From: Candidatus Aminicenantes bacterium
Lineage (GTDB): Bacteria > Acidobacteriota > Aminicenantia > Aminicenantales > Saccharicenantaceae
NCBI GenBank assembly: GCA_963754085.1
Contig: CAVWFA010000009.1
Location: forward strand, 7,086 to 71,085
Reading direction: 5' to 3'
Length of the DNA: 64,000 nt
Part shown: piece by piece, positions 17,726 to 27,782 of the stretch
Layout of the letters: every line of letters begins with the position of its first letter
Position numbering within the stretch: the stretch's first letter is position 1
Notes under the pieces: model-generated
The model's input: only the letters and a program-made list of their open reading frames with translations
Databases searched by the model: none
What the model was told of the DNA's origin: nothing
Translations under genes and position numbers: made by a program

Positions 17726-20091
17726 CTACTGCCGCGCCAGCGCCATGCGGATGGCGTCCTCCGGCGAGATCAGGTGATCGGCGTCCTCGGCCGCCTCGGC
17801 GATGGCCAGCTGGACTCCCTTGACCCGGCCGTTGAACGCGTTGCCTTGCGGGCCGTAGTCCGGGGAGACCGGCGCGCCGGTGTCCTCGCCGACGTCGCAG
17901 CCGTCGTCGGCGGAGAAGATCGTCGCCAGCGTCGCCGGGATGTCGCCCTCGCCGACCTTCTTTCCGTCGGTGTAAAGGGTGACCTTGCCGCCCTTGCCCA
18001 GGCCGCCGCCGGCGTAGGCAAATTCCATGCGGACCTGGTGCTCTCCCGCGGGAATCGGGGCGGTCCCCTCGACAAAGAAGTGCTTGTAGCCGCCCCAGTT
18101 GTAACAGTACTTGAGCTTGCCGCCCTTGGCGTAGAGGCTCCAGCCGCCGATGTTCGCGCCCTGGGCGATGATGACGCCCTCGGCGCCCTTCGTCCGGCAC
18201 GACGATCTCGGCGGTGACGGAGTGGGACTTGTTCTTGAGGTTGAGGACGCAGTTCTCCGACAGGTGCCCCATGCCGCCGAAGAGGAGCTGGGTCTTGCCC
18301 TTGACGAGCACCGGCCGTCCGGCCGTGTCCGGGTTGATCTTCTCCATCATCCGGTCGTCGAGGGGCAGCACCTTGTAGCGCACCGCCTCGATCAGCCAGA
18401 GCCGCTGCAGCTCGTGGAGCTTCTGCGGCATATCCTTGGAGAGGTCCTTGGACTGGCTCCAGTCCTTGGCCGTGTCGTAGAGCTCCCAGACGTCGTCGTC
18501 GAGCGCCGGCCTCGGGGCCATGATCCAGGGCGTGTAGTGCTTCGTCACGGCGCTCCAGCCCTTGTGGTAGATGCGCGCGGTTGCCCATGACCTCGAAGTA
18601 CTGCGTCTCGTGCCGCTCCGCCGCCTTGGCGTCGTTGAACGAGTAGAGCATGCTGACCCCTTCGATCGGGTCCTGCTCGATGCCGTCCACGGATAGGGGC
18701 TCGGGAATGCCCGCCGCCTCGAGGACCGTCGGCGCCACGTCGATGACGTGGCTGAACTGGGAGCGGATCTCGCCCTTGGCCTTGATCCCCTTCGGCCAAT
18801 GGACGATGGTCCCGTTGCGCGTCCCGCCCCAGTGCGAGGCGACCTGCTTGGTCCACTGGTAGGGCGTATTCAGGGCGTGAGCCCAGCCCACGGCATAGTG
18901 ATTGTAGGACTCAGGCCCGCCGAGCTTGTCGAGCCGGGCCGAGAGATACTCGGGAGTCTCGAGGGACTGCAGGCCGTTGAAGTAGCTCATCTCGTTGAAG
19001 CAGCCGTTGAGCGATCCCTCGGCCGAGGCGCCGTTGTCGCCGATGATGTAGTAGACGAGCGTGTCGTCGGCGATACCCAGCTTGTCGAGACCGTCGAAGA
19101 GCCTGCCCACGTGGTGGTCGGTATACTCCAGGTAGCCCGCGTAGACCTCCATCTCCCGGCGCAGCACCGGCTTTAACGCCTCCGGCATTTCGTCCCAAGC
19201 CGGGACCTCCTTGGGGCGCACCGTGAGCTGACAGTCCGCCGGGACGACCCCGAGCTTCTTCTGCCGGGCGAAGATCTCCTCGCGCAGCTTGTCCCAGCCG
19301 GCGTCGAACTTGCCCTTGTACTTGTCGGCCCACTCCTTGGGCACATGGTGGGGCGCGTGGGTGGCGCCGGGAGCGAAATAAACGAAGAAAGGCTTGTCGG
19401 GCGCGAGGGCCTTCTGTTGGCTGATCCAGGCGATGGCCTTATCGGTCATATCCTCTATAAGGTGGTAGCCCTCTTCGGGCGTCTTCTTCGGTTCGACCGG
19501 GTTGGTGCCCTCGTACAAGGTCGGATACCACTGGTTGGCCTCGCCGCCGATAAAGCCGTAGAAGTACTCGAAGCCGCCGCCGCCCGTGGGCCATTGGTTG
19601 AAAGGCCCCGCCGGGCTCGTCTCCCACACCGGCACCTCGTGGCACTTGCCGAACTGGGCCGTGTTGTAGCCGTTGAGCTTGAGCGTCTTCGCCAGCGGCG
19701 ACATGCTGTTGGGCAGGACCGAGGAATAGCCCGGCGCGCCGGTCGCGATCTCGGTGATGCCGGCCATACCCGCCGAGTGGTGGTTGCGGCCGGTCAGCAG
19801 CGCCTGGCGCGTCGCCGAACAGATCGCAGTGGTGTGGAAGCGGTTGTATTTCAGGCCGCTTGCCGCCAGCCTCTCCGCGTTGGGCGCCTGGCAGGGGCCG
19901 CCGAAGGCGCTGGCCGCGCCGAAGCCCGCGTCGTCGATCAGCACGATGAGCACGTTGGGCGCGCCATGGGGCGGCCGCAGCTGCTCGATCGGCACCATCT
20001 TCGTGTCCGGGTCCTTTGCGTCGTAGGTGATCAGCGTGGGACGCTTCGTGTTCCGCATGGGAAGATGTGTTCGGTCTTTTTCGTCTGACAT
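17726..20091 (-). pseudogene. arylsulfatase (formylglycine type), two frameshifts
   Basis: N-terminus PNVLIVLIDDAGFGAASAFGG...TAICSATRQALLTGRNHH (a C-x-A-x-R FGly motif). It is colinear with the intact paralogue at 20145..22502. The frame changes near 18571-18580 (NRA|IYHKGWSAVTKHY) and 18181-18190 (VPDEG|AEGVIIAQGANIGGW). The C-terminal piece MEFAYAGGGLGKGGKVTLYTDG lies in a third frame. Confidence 0.8.
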
Positions 20092-20144
20092 GGTTCTTTC
20101 TCCTCTTGTCTAAATGTGGCCGCCCGTACGTGGTCAGACAAGCC

Positions 20145-22502
20145 TTATTGCCTCATCATGATGGCCTTCAGCGCGGCCTCGTCATCCTTGATCATCTCGC
20201 CGCTCACATCGACCGTGACGCCGTGGAGCTTGCCGGTGAACTTGAACGGAGGGTCGTACTTGTCCCACACCGGCGAACCGCCGTCGGCGCCGCAGACGAA
20301 GCCCCCGCCCAGTCCGAGCGACAGGGGCATGGTGAGCGGGATGTCGACCTGCCCGACCAGCCGGCCGTCGATATAGAGCTGGCCGCGGCCCGGCGCGCCC
20401 TTGCCGCTCTTGACGTCGGGCTTGCCGGTCACCTCGAACTCGAACCGCAGCTTGTGGCGCCCCTCGGGAACGGGAACGTTCGATTCCGCGTGATAGAACT
20501 GGCTGCCCACGTAGTTGTAGACATAGTGGAGCTTGCCGTCCTGCACGTAGACGGCGAAGCCGCCTTGGACATCGCCGGCGGACAACAGGACTCCTTCGGC
20601 GCCCCCCTTGGGGATCTCGGCGTCCGCCGTGATGCTGTGGGGCCGGTTCAGCACGGTGGGGCAGGCGTTGATCGGGACCGCCTGCGTGCCGGGATAGTAG
20701 GTGTAGCTGTTGCGGGCGACGGCGATCTGCGGCCGGGGGTCGGCGAACCGCAGCGTGCCGCGCGAGTCGACCGGCAGGACCTTGTACTTGCCGGCCTCGA
20801 CGTACCAGGTCGCGATCATCTCGATCAGCTTGGCCCTGTTCTCGGAGGCGAGGTTGTGGTTCTCGGCCCAGTCCTTCTCGATGTGGTAGAGCTCCCAGCC
20901 TTTCGCGTCCAGCTCGGTCAGCTTGTCCTTGTCGATCGGCGCTCCGAAGAACAGGCCCGCTTCCGTGAAGGACGTCCCCGGCCACGGGCAGACGGCGCGC
21001 CAGCCGTCATGATAAATGGACCGGTGGCCCATCATCTCGAAGTACTGGGTGACGTGCTTGCTGGGCGCCTTGGCCTCGTCGAGGGCGTGGGCGAAGCTCA
21101 ACCCCTCGATGGGCGCCTGCGTGACGCCCTTGACGGCGGCCGGGGTTTCGAGGCCGAGCATCTCGAGCACCGAGGGGACCATGTCGATCGCATGGGCGTA
21201 CTGGGTGCGGACTTCGCCCTTCGCCTTGATGCCCTTGGGCCAATGGACGATGAACGGGTCGCTGATGCCGCCGCGGTAGGTCTCCCGCTTCCAGCGGCGG
21301 AACGGGGTGTTGCCCGCGAAGGTCCAGCCCCAGGCATAGTGGTTGAAGGTGTTCGGCCCGCCCAGCTGGTCGATCATGGCCAGGTTCTGCTTCAGGTCGT
21401 CGGGCACGTTGTTGAAGAACTTGTTCTCGTTGACCGATCCGTTCGGCCCGCCTTCCGAGCTGGCGCCGTTGTCGGAGATGAACATGATGATCGTGTTGTC
21501 CCATTCGCCGATCGACTTGAGGAATTCGAACAGGCGGCCGTAATGGTAGTCCGTGTGGCTCAGGAACCCGGCGAACACCTCCATCATCCGGGCATACAGC
21601 TTCCTCTCGTCGGCCGAGAGCTTGTTCCAGTCCTGCACGTCGGGATCGTGGCGCGACAGCTCGGCGTCGGGCGGGATGATCCCCAGCTCCTTCTGGCGCT
21701 TGAACGTCCGCTCGCGGTAGGCGTCCCAGCCGTCGTCGAACTGGCCCTTGTACTTGTCGGCCCACTCCTTGGGGACGTGGTGAGGGGCGTGCATCGCCCC
21801 GGGACAGAAATACATGAAAAAGGGCTTGTTCGGCGCGACCTGCTTGGAGTCGGCGATGAAGCTGATCGCTTTGTCGGTCAGGTCCTCGGTCAGGTGATAG
21901 CCTTCGTCCGGCGTCTTTTCGGGCTCGACGCTGTGGTTGTCGTACACCAGCTCCGGATAGTACTGGTGCGTGTCGCCGCCGAGGAATCCGTAGTAGCGCT
22001 CGAACCCGCGGCCCAGGGGCCAGCGATCGTACGGACCGGCCGCCGAGATCTGGTCCGCGGGGGTCAGATGCCACTTGCCGATCGCGAAGGTGTTGTAGCC
22101 GTGCTGGAGCAGGATCTCGGAGAGCATCCCGTTCTCGAACGGCATGTAGCCGTTGCCGCCGGGGTATCCGGTCGAGCCCTCGGTGATGCACGACATGGCG
22201 TTGGAGTGGTGGTTGCGCCCCGTCAGGATGCACGAGCGCGTCGGCGAGCACAGCGCGGTGGTGTGCATGTTGTTGAAGAGCAGGCCGTTCTTGGCCAGCG
22301 CGTCGATGTTCGGCGTCTTGATCGGGCTGCCGTAGCAGCCCATCTGGCCGAAGCCGGTGTCGTCCTGGACGATGAACAGGACGTTCGGCGCGCCCTCCTT
22401 GGCCCGCAGCGGCTGGGGCCAGGCCGGGCTGGACACATCAAAAGTCCTTCCGATCACGCCGTTGAAGGCGGCACCGGGCTTGTACTCTTTTAGAACGGCC
22501 AT
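20145..22502 (-). CDS. arylsulfatase (formylglycine-dependent, Cys type)
   Basis: 785 aa from the ATG preceded by AAGGAGGG. Motifs seen: PNVLFIVQDDTGFGQMGCYGS, TALCSPTRSCILTGRNHH (C-x-P-x-R) and HAPHHVPKEWADKYKG. Confidence 0.9.
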   Translation of the reverse strand: MAVLKEYKPGAAFNGVIGRTFDVSSPAWPQPLRAKEGAPNVLFIVQDDTGFGQMGCYGSPIKTPNIDALAKNGLLFNNMHTTALCSPTRSCILTGRNHHSNAMSCITEGSTGYPGGNGYMPFENGMLSEILLQHGYNTFAIGKWHLTPADQISAAGPYDRWPLGRGFERYYGFLGGDTHQYYPELVYDNHSVEPEKTPDEGYHLTEDLTDKAISFIADSKQVAPNKPFFMYFCPGAMHAPHHVPKEWADKYKGQFDDGWDAYRERTFKRQKELGIIPPDAELSRHDPDVQDWNKLSADERKLYARMMEVFAGFLSHTDYHYGRLFEFLKSIGEWDNTIIMFISDNGASSEGGPNGSVNENKFFNNVPDDLKQNLAMIDQLGGPNTFNHYAWGWTFAGNTPFRRWKRETYRGGISDPFIVHWPKGIKAKGEVRTQYAHAIDMVPSVLEMLGLETPAAVKGVTQAPIEGLSFAHALDEAKAPSKHVTQYFEMMGHRSIYHDGWRAVCPWPGTSFTEAGLFFGAPIDKDKLTELDAKGWELYHIEKDWAENHNLASENRAKLIEMIATWYVEAGKYKVLPVDSRGTLRFADPRPQIAVARNSYTYYPGTQAVPINACPTVLNRPHSITADAEIPKGGAEGVLLSAGDVQGGFAVYVQDGKLHYVYNYVGSQFYHAESNVPVPEGRHKLRFEFEVTGKPDVKSGKGAPGRGQLYIDGRLVGQVDIPLTMPLSLGLGGGFVCGADGGSPVWDKYDPPFKFTGKLHGVTVDVSGEMIKDDEAALKAIMMRQ

Positions 22503-22538
22503 GATTCCCTCCTTTATCAAACAAACCTACACGGGCTA

Positions 22539-22584
22539 TCTGTATCCTGAAGCAATGTGGCGCGTCAATGGGACCTTGGGCTAA
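22539..22584 (-). promoter_or_regulatory. candidate sigma70-type promoter with conserved upstream 16-mer (copy c)
   Basis: Minus strand reads TTAGCCCAAGGTCCCA-TTGACG-18 nt-TACAGA, about 35 nt upstream of the sulfatase ATG at 22502. Confidence 0.5.
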
Positions 22585-22606
22585 GGCGGCCGGCCGGCTC
22601 ACCCGC

Positions 22607-23355
22607 TCACAGCAGGATGATGAGGAGGGCCGTATAGAGGGCCCCGCCGCAAAGAAAGGCCAGGGGCCGCGCGTCGTTCTCTTTCGGCAGTTCCGAGACC
22701 ATGGCGTTCAGGATGATCCCTCCTGAGAGGAACCCCAGGAGGGCCGCCGCGAAGAACGGGCTGAATTCCACGAAAATCCCCACCGCCCATCCGGCCAGCG
22801 GGGCGAGGGCGAAAACATAACGGACCGTGCGATCGTACCAGGAACCGTATTCCTGCAAGAACGAATAGTCCAACGAGAGGAAGTGGAGCCCCAGGGCGGC
22901 GGCGTAGAGGGCGATCGGCGTCGCCCCTTCCTCGAAGCTCCGGACCGCCAGATATCCGGCCAGCCAGACATAGGCCAGGAAACCCGCGGCGTGGACCGCC
23001 CGGCGGAAACGGTCCTCTCCGCCGTGGGCGTCCCGGGATCGGCAGGCCGATGGGCCTTCGCGATCATCTGCTTGAGCGCGTAGAAGGCCATGAATCCGAC
23101 CAGGGCGGCCAAATAGACCCTCAAGGAGAAGACGGGCAGGGCCATCCGGGCTTCGTTATGGCCGAGGGCCTCTCTCGCGGCCTCGAGCTCGGGCAGAAGG
23201 TGGACGAAAACGTAAGCGATCGTCACCCCGGCTCCGAACGACAGGATCCTCCTCCGATGGCGGCGGATGGCCTCGGGGATCAGGACATGGCTGCCGAGAA
23301 GGAAGATGGCCGAGAACACGAGGGCTGCGGCCAGCGGCCCGATCTCGAACGGCAT
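22607..23355 (-). CDS. polytopic membrane protein, possibly a ZIP-like cation transporter; one frameshift
   Basis: Two ORF-track pieces (22708..23355 and 22607..22873) join through an alternative frame (AHGGEDRFRRAVHAAGFLAYVWLAGYL...LGLHFLSLDYSFLQEYG). The shift is near 23030-23045. Motifs FVHLLPELE and LNAMVSELPKE are the only functional hints. Confidence 0.4.
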
Positions 23356-23389
23356 GGGGGGCCTCCTTTGACGATTCCGTGTATCCGGG

Positions 23390-24319
23390 CTACCGGCCGA
23401 ACCACCGGTATTGGAATGCCAGGCCGAAGACGGTGAACTTTCCCCCGATGCGCGTGATCACCCCGGTCGAGCCGCTGAATTTCAGGGAATAGGCCCGCCC
23501 GATCGGGACGGAGAATGTGAAGCCGATCCGGGAGTTCTCCTGCCGGTCGTCTTTGACGACTCCGTCGATGGTCGTCTCGCCCCCGGCGTACAGGGTTCCG
23601 TCGGCGGCGAGCCAGAGTCCGGGACGGAAAGTGTAGCTCGCGTGGGCCTGGCCCGACCAGAGCGGGGTTTGGGCGCGCAGCTGCCCGCCGTAGAAATCCG
23701 GGTTGTCGGTGAAGAGCCAGACGGCCATGGCCACGTCCAGGGTCCATTTTCCCGTCGGGAACGAGAATCCGAGCTCCGGCTTGAAGGCCCAACGGTTGGC
23801 CCCGATATTGACCAGCTTGTCGGGATAGTACTGACCCACCGGCGCCACGACCACCAGGCTGGCGCCGAGCGAGGGGCCCGGCTTGCGCAGGGCGAATTCC
23901 CGCGGCGTGAGCGCGCGGCCGCCCATCAGGTTCACGGCGAGGCGCAGCCGGAGATCTCCGAAGCCCGATCGCGTGATCTCCGTGAAATCCTCGCCGACCA
24001 TCCCGCTCATCTTGCCGAAGGCATAGGGGATGAGCACGGCCAGGCTGGCCGTGCGCCCCGCCAGGGCAAAGGTCCCGGAGTAGCCCGGGACGAACATGCC
24101 GAGGTCGGCCGTGACATCGGTGACCGGCACTGAAGGGTCGAGCAGGACATCTCCATACGAGTAGGCCGTGCCCAGGACGAGGAAATTCGCTTTGATCGGC
24201 ACCGCCGAATAAGCCCGCGGCTCGAGGTCCTGGCCGAACATGGTCCCCGCCAGGCCCAGGAGCGCCAAGCTTAAGAGCACACGGCCCGCGCGATAGGAGA
24301 GGGTTCCGGACATGATCAT
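23390..24319 (-). CDS. outer-membrane beta-barrel, MetA-pathway-of-phenol-degradation-like (hydrophobic-compound channel family)
   Basis: Signal peptide, then QDLEPRAYSAVPIKANFLVLGTAYSYG..., alternating beta-strand pattern and C-terminal FQYRWFGR. Confidence 0.65.
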   Translation of the reverse strand: MIMSGTLSYRAGRVLLSLALLGLAGTMFGQDLEPRAYSAVPIKANFLVLGTAYSYGDVLLDPSVPVTDVTADLGMFVPGYSGTFALAGRTASLAVLIPYAFGKMSGMVGEDFTEITRSGFGDLRLRLAVNLMGGRALTPREFALRKPGPSLGASLVVVAPVGQYYPDKLVNIGANRWAFKPELGFSFPTGKWTLDVAMAVWLFTDNPDFYGGQLRAQTPLWSGQAHASYTFRPGLWLAADGTLYAGGETTIDGVVKDDRQENSRIGFTFSVPIGRAYSLKFSGSTGVITRIGGKFTVFGLAFQYRWFGR

Positions 24320-24323
24320 CTCC

Positions 24324-25088
24324 TTATCTCGATGCGGGCTTTTTCAGGTCGAAGAGGATCGAGAGGTACCAGCGGAACTTGATCTTCATCCGGACCATCT
24401 GGTTCCGGTAGGGCCCTTCCTTGCAGAACCAGATCCGGAGATTGCCCTTCTTCCTCCAAACGTCTTTGGGGGCCCGGTCCGGCCCGGCTGTCTTCTCGAT
24501 GGCGTAGAGGACGATCTCGTAAACCCGAGCCTTGAGCGGCGAGTAGGTCTCGAGATCCTCGACCTCCATGCGGAAGATCCGCGGGATCCCCTTGAGGATG
24601 AACGGGGTGTCGATGACTTCCCCGACCTTGATGTCGTGCTCCATCAGATACTCGAGCGGCGCGAGGATGCAGCCGTAGCTCCCCTCGACCCTCGTCTCCG
24701 GGCCGTCGTTGCGGACAACGACGGCGTGGTCCGGGAAGAAGGTCATCCGTTCGGCCTGGGTCTTCTTGTTGGTCTTCAGGAAACCCGAGGAGGAGCTCCC
24801 GACGCCCCGCCCTTCGGCCACCGCTTGGTCGTCCACGGAACCGTCGGACCGGAGCGGATAGGTCTTGAGGACCTTGAACTCGCCGCCGTAGTCCCTGTTC
24901 TTCTTGACCTGTTCGGCGTTGGTCCCTCCGGCCATGCGCAGCGTCTTTTCGAGACGGCCGTCCTTCTTCTGCAGCGTCGACTCGATGGTCATGGACCCGG
25001 CGTCACCCAGGTTGCCGAGGAAGAAGACGTGGGCGCTGATGCCGTACTGGCCGGCCTGCTGACTTTCCGTCGCCGGGACCGCGGACAC
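24324..25088 (-). CDS. hypothetical protein (DUF3108-like?), N-terminus uncertain
   Basis: ORF-track protein of 254 aa from a GTG start. Upstream in frame there is a signal-peptide-like stretch (CLAVAFLFAASGG) with no usable start codon, so the 5' end may also carry an indel. Confidence 0.35.
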   Translation of the reverse strand: MSAVPATESQQAGQYGISAHVFFLGNLGDAGSMTIESTLQKKDGRLEKTLRMAGGTNAEQVKKNRDYGGEFKVLKTYPLRSDGSVDDQAVAEGRGVGSSSSGFLKTNKKTQAERMTFFPDHAVVVRNDGPETRVEGSYGCILAPLEYLMEHDIKVGEVIDTPFILKGIPRIFRMEVEDLETYSPLKARVYEIVLYAIEKTAGPDRAPKDVWRKKGNLRIWFCKEGPYRNQMVRMKIKFRWYLSILFDLKKPASR

Positions 25089-25224
25089 CGGGGCGGGCGC
25101 GGAAGCCCGTTCCTGAAGCTCCCGGCCGCCGGAGGCGGCGAAGAGGAAGGCGACGGCGAGACACGAGCCCCGTCACAACGGGCCGTTGGCGCCGATCGCG
25201 GACCCGACGGCCCCCTCCCGGATG

Positions 25225-26787
25225 TCACGCGCCTCCCTTGGGGGCGATCTTGTAGTTCGGATCCAGATAATGCTCTTTCCAGATGGGGTCCATGAGGGCG
25301 GCCACGGCCTCGTTGTAGGCGATCAAGCCCTTCTGGTACTCCGGATCGGCCATGGCGATGCCGGCGTTCTCGTCGAGCGGCTTGGGCTTGAACTCGTCGA
25401 GGATGGGCCTGAATTCCTTGAAATGGTCGCGGATCGGACAGGGCATCATCCAGTTCTTGATCTTCGCGCTTTCCAGGTAGTTCTTGCTGTAGCCGTAGTC
25501 GACCTGCCACTCCCTGATCTTCTTGAAGAACGGGGTCTGCCAGACGTCGATGAGGTTCTTGCCCTCGGCATAGACCTGGTTGATGTTGACCGGCGAATAG
25601 GGCATGAAGACGCAGGGCACGACGTCCCCGTTCCAGACGACCGCAAAGTACCCGCCGGACCGGCCGGCGCCGATGCAGCCCAGGGCGGTCGTACCGCCGT
25701 TCCAGAAATCGGAGACGTAGAGGCGGCGCTCCTTGATGAGCTCCCAGGTCCGCTTCCACATCCACAGCCGCTGCTGGGGCGTGGGCAGGTAGTCCAGGGT
25801 GATGGCCCGCCCGATGGGCATGTACTGGAACACCCAGGCGAAGTGGGCGCCCATCTCGTTGAAGTAGAAGTCGATGACCTTGTCCGAGAGGATCTCCTCG
25901 ACATTGCTCTTGGTCGCCGTGATGGACAGGCCGAACAGGACCTTCTCCCGGCGGAGCCGGCCCATGGCCTCGACGATGCGGTCGAAGACGCCGTCGCCGC
26001 GACGGGCGTCGGTGCTCTCCTTCAGGCCCTCGACCGAGATGCACGGCATGACGTTCCCCAGCCGGGACATCCGGCGGGCGGTCGCATCGTCGATGAGCGT
26101 CCCGTTCGTATACATCATGAAGAAGACGTCGGGATAGCGCTCGGCCAGGTCCAGGACCCCGTAGCCCTGGTCCCGGTAGGCCAACGGCTCGCCGCCGCTG
26201 AAGGCGACGAAGCGGCTGCCCCAGAGCGTCCGGATGTCGCTGACGAGGTGGTCCAGGACGGGCCAGGACAGCTTCTCGTTGATCGCGGTCGAGTCGGCGT
26301 AGCAGCCCTTGCAGTTGAGATTGCAGAACTTGGTCGGGCTGACGAGAATGACCTCCGGCGGCCGGACGCCGTGTTCGGCGATGAACTTGGCCCGGGCCGT
26401 GGGATCGCCCTTCTTGAGGATGATGTCATGGGCCAGGTTCTTGATGACCCGGCGCATCGAGGCCTTGCTGAGGCTGTTGCGGGCCAGGGCCCGGTCGAGG
26501 GTCGCGAAGATGGCCAGGGTGAGCTCCATCCGGTCCTCGACGATCCGGGGCGGGCGCCGGCCCTCTTCGGCCAGGCGGATGCTGCCCCGGCGCAGGTTCT
26601 TCTCCATCGTCCGGAGCAGGGCCTTGCGGACGAAGCCGATCCTGGCCAGGACCGGGGCCGCCCAGGCGAAGATCTTCAGACTGGCCGAGAGGAAGATCTT
26701 CCGAAGGTTCAGCTTCTTCGTCTGGTCCGGCATGAGAGTGCCGGGATCGGCCTGGGGCCGATCTGAAGTGTTCTCTTTATTGTCCAT
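25225..26787 (-). CDS. radical SAM enzyme with ~150-aa N-terminal extension and a C-terminal auxiliary-cluster (twitch/SPASM-like) region
   Basis: 520 aa. Motifs seen: CX3CX2C motif FCNLNCKGCY, a GGEPL glycine-rich SAM motif (AFSGGEPLAY), and later Cys residues in MPCISVEG, GCIGAGRSGGYFAVVWNGDVVPCVF and MPCPIRDH. RBS ACGGAGG. Confidence 0.8.
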   Translation of the reverse strand: MDNKENTSDRPQADPGTLMPDQTKKLNLRKIFLSASLKIFAWAAPVLARIGFVRKALLRTMEKNLRRGSIRLAEEGRRPPRIVEDRMELTLAIFATLDRALARNSLSKASMRRVIKNLAHDIILKKGDPTARAKFIAEHGVRPPEVILVSPTKFCNLNCKGCYADSTAINEKLSWPVLDHLVSDIRTLWGSRFVAFSGGEPLAYRDQGYGVLDLAERYPDVFFMMYTNGTLIDDATARRMSRLGNVMPCISVEGLKESTDARRGDGVFDRIVEAMGRLRREKVLFGLSITATKSNVEEILSDKVIDFYFNEMGAHFAWVFQYMPIGRAITLDYLPTPQQRLWMWKRTWELIKERRLYVSDFWNGGTTALGCIGAGRSGGYFAVVWNGDVVPCVFMPYSPVNINQVYAEGKNLIDVWQTPFFKKIREWQVDYGYSKNYLESAKIKNWMMPCPIRDHFKEFRPILDEFKPKPLDENAGIAMADPEYQKGLIAYNEAVAALMDPIWKEHYLDPNYKIAPKGGA

Positions 26788-26927
26788 GATCGAGCCTCCG
26801 TTAGAAGCGTCTGGACGGGTCGGGCGCTATGGATCGAACCACCTACGGCCCCCCGCCGGAGGTAACTAGCGAACCCATCCACTTTCTTCTATTCTAATTA
26901 CACCTTTCCGGGTCATAAGTCCAGATA

Positions 26928-26973
26928 TTAGTAGCAGGTGCCCCCGGGTAGGGTCAATGGGACCAAAGTCCAA
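26928..26973 (-). promoter_or_regulatory. candidate sigma70-type promoter with conserved upstream 16-mer (copy d)
   Basis: Minus strand reads TTGGACTTTGGTCCCA-TTGACC-18 nt-TACTAA. This implies a ~135-nt 5' UTR ahead of the radical SAM ATG. Confidence 0.55.
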
Positions 26974-27034
26974 GGCCCCATCGTGCGGAAGAGGTCCGGC
27001 GGCGCTGCGGCGCCCCGGGGAGGTTCCGTTGGCC

Positions 27035-27706
27035 TCAGAAGCGGAAGAACAGGCCCGTCTTGAACTCCCACTGGGTCATCGTGTTGCGCATCGAGGCGGT
27101 CTGGGAGCCGCCCTCCCAATCGACCAGGACTTCGTCGATGTTGTTGATGTAGGTCGTGACGAAATTCCCCTGGGCCCGGAACCCGAACTGGCCCTTGATC
27201 GGGACGTCGAGACCCAGGCCGAGGCCCCAGGAGAACCGGTTGAAGCTGGAGTTGTTCGTCTGCGGATTGAGACCCGTCATGCCCACGGCCAGCAGGAAGA
27301 AGGGCTTGACCTGGCCCATCTTGTATCCGGTGGACAGGAGGAGGTTCGCGTGCAGCTGGTCCTCGGTGGCCCCGAACAGCAGGTCATTCACGGCGGGGTC
27401 GGTTTCGGTGGCGTCGGCCAAGCCGAAGATGTCGGGCGTGCTGCGATTCCAAGCCACTTCAACCGCAAGGATGTCCGAGATCCTGTAGCCAAGGGCCAAG
27501 CCGTAGGAGACGCCGGAGCCGAACTTGATGCTGGTATAGGGCTGCTCTTCGCTATTGACGTCGAAATTGCCGCTGCCGCGGACGCCGATGGTCGGCATGA
27601 CCCAGAACTTCTTGGGGATTTCCGTCTGGGGGGTCTCCGCCGCGACCGCGATCGCATTCAGGCCGAGCCCGAGAAGAAGAGCCGCGATAAAGATCTGTTT
27701 TTTCAT
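27035..27706 (-). CDS. small outer-membrane beta-barrel protein (OMP_b-brl/OmpW-like size)
   Basis: Starts at MKKQIFIAALLLGLGLNAIAVAA (signal peptide, GGAGGAA RBS). Alternating strands and a terminal aromatic ...GLFFRF. Confidence 0.7.
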   Translation of the reverse strand: MKKQIFIAALLLGLGLNAIAVAAETPQTEIPKKFWVMPTIGVRGSGNFDVNSEEQPYTSIKFGSGVSYGLALGYRISDILAVEVAWNRSTPDIFGLADATETDPAVNDLLFGATEDQLHANLLLSTGYKMGQVKPFFLLAVGMTGLNPQTNNSSFNRFSWGLGLGLDVPIKGQFGFRAQGNFVTTYINNIDEVLVDWEGGSQTASMRNTMTQWEFKTGLFFRF

Positions 27707-27782
27707 ATCTATTCCTCCACCTTGATCTCGCATTCTATTAGACGGAATCCGGCCGGATTTCTTTCACCGGTCCTCCATCATA

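Noticed and set aside
26826-26850. A tRNA-like GGTTCGATCC (T-loop-like) string on the minus strand upstream of the radical SAM gene.
   Set aside because: The flanking bases cannot form a T-stem or an acceptor stem. No cloverleaf can be drawn, so it is probably a chance match.
26870-26920. A 16-codon uORF (MTRKGVIRIEESGWVR) as a possible RiPP precursor for the radical SAM enzyme.
   Set aside because: It has no RBS, no Cys/Ser/Thr-rich core and no leader-like features, and it is too short to argue for. It is kept only as part of the long-leader observation.
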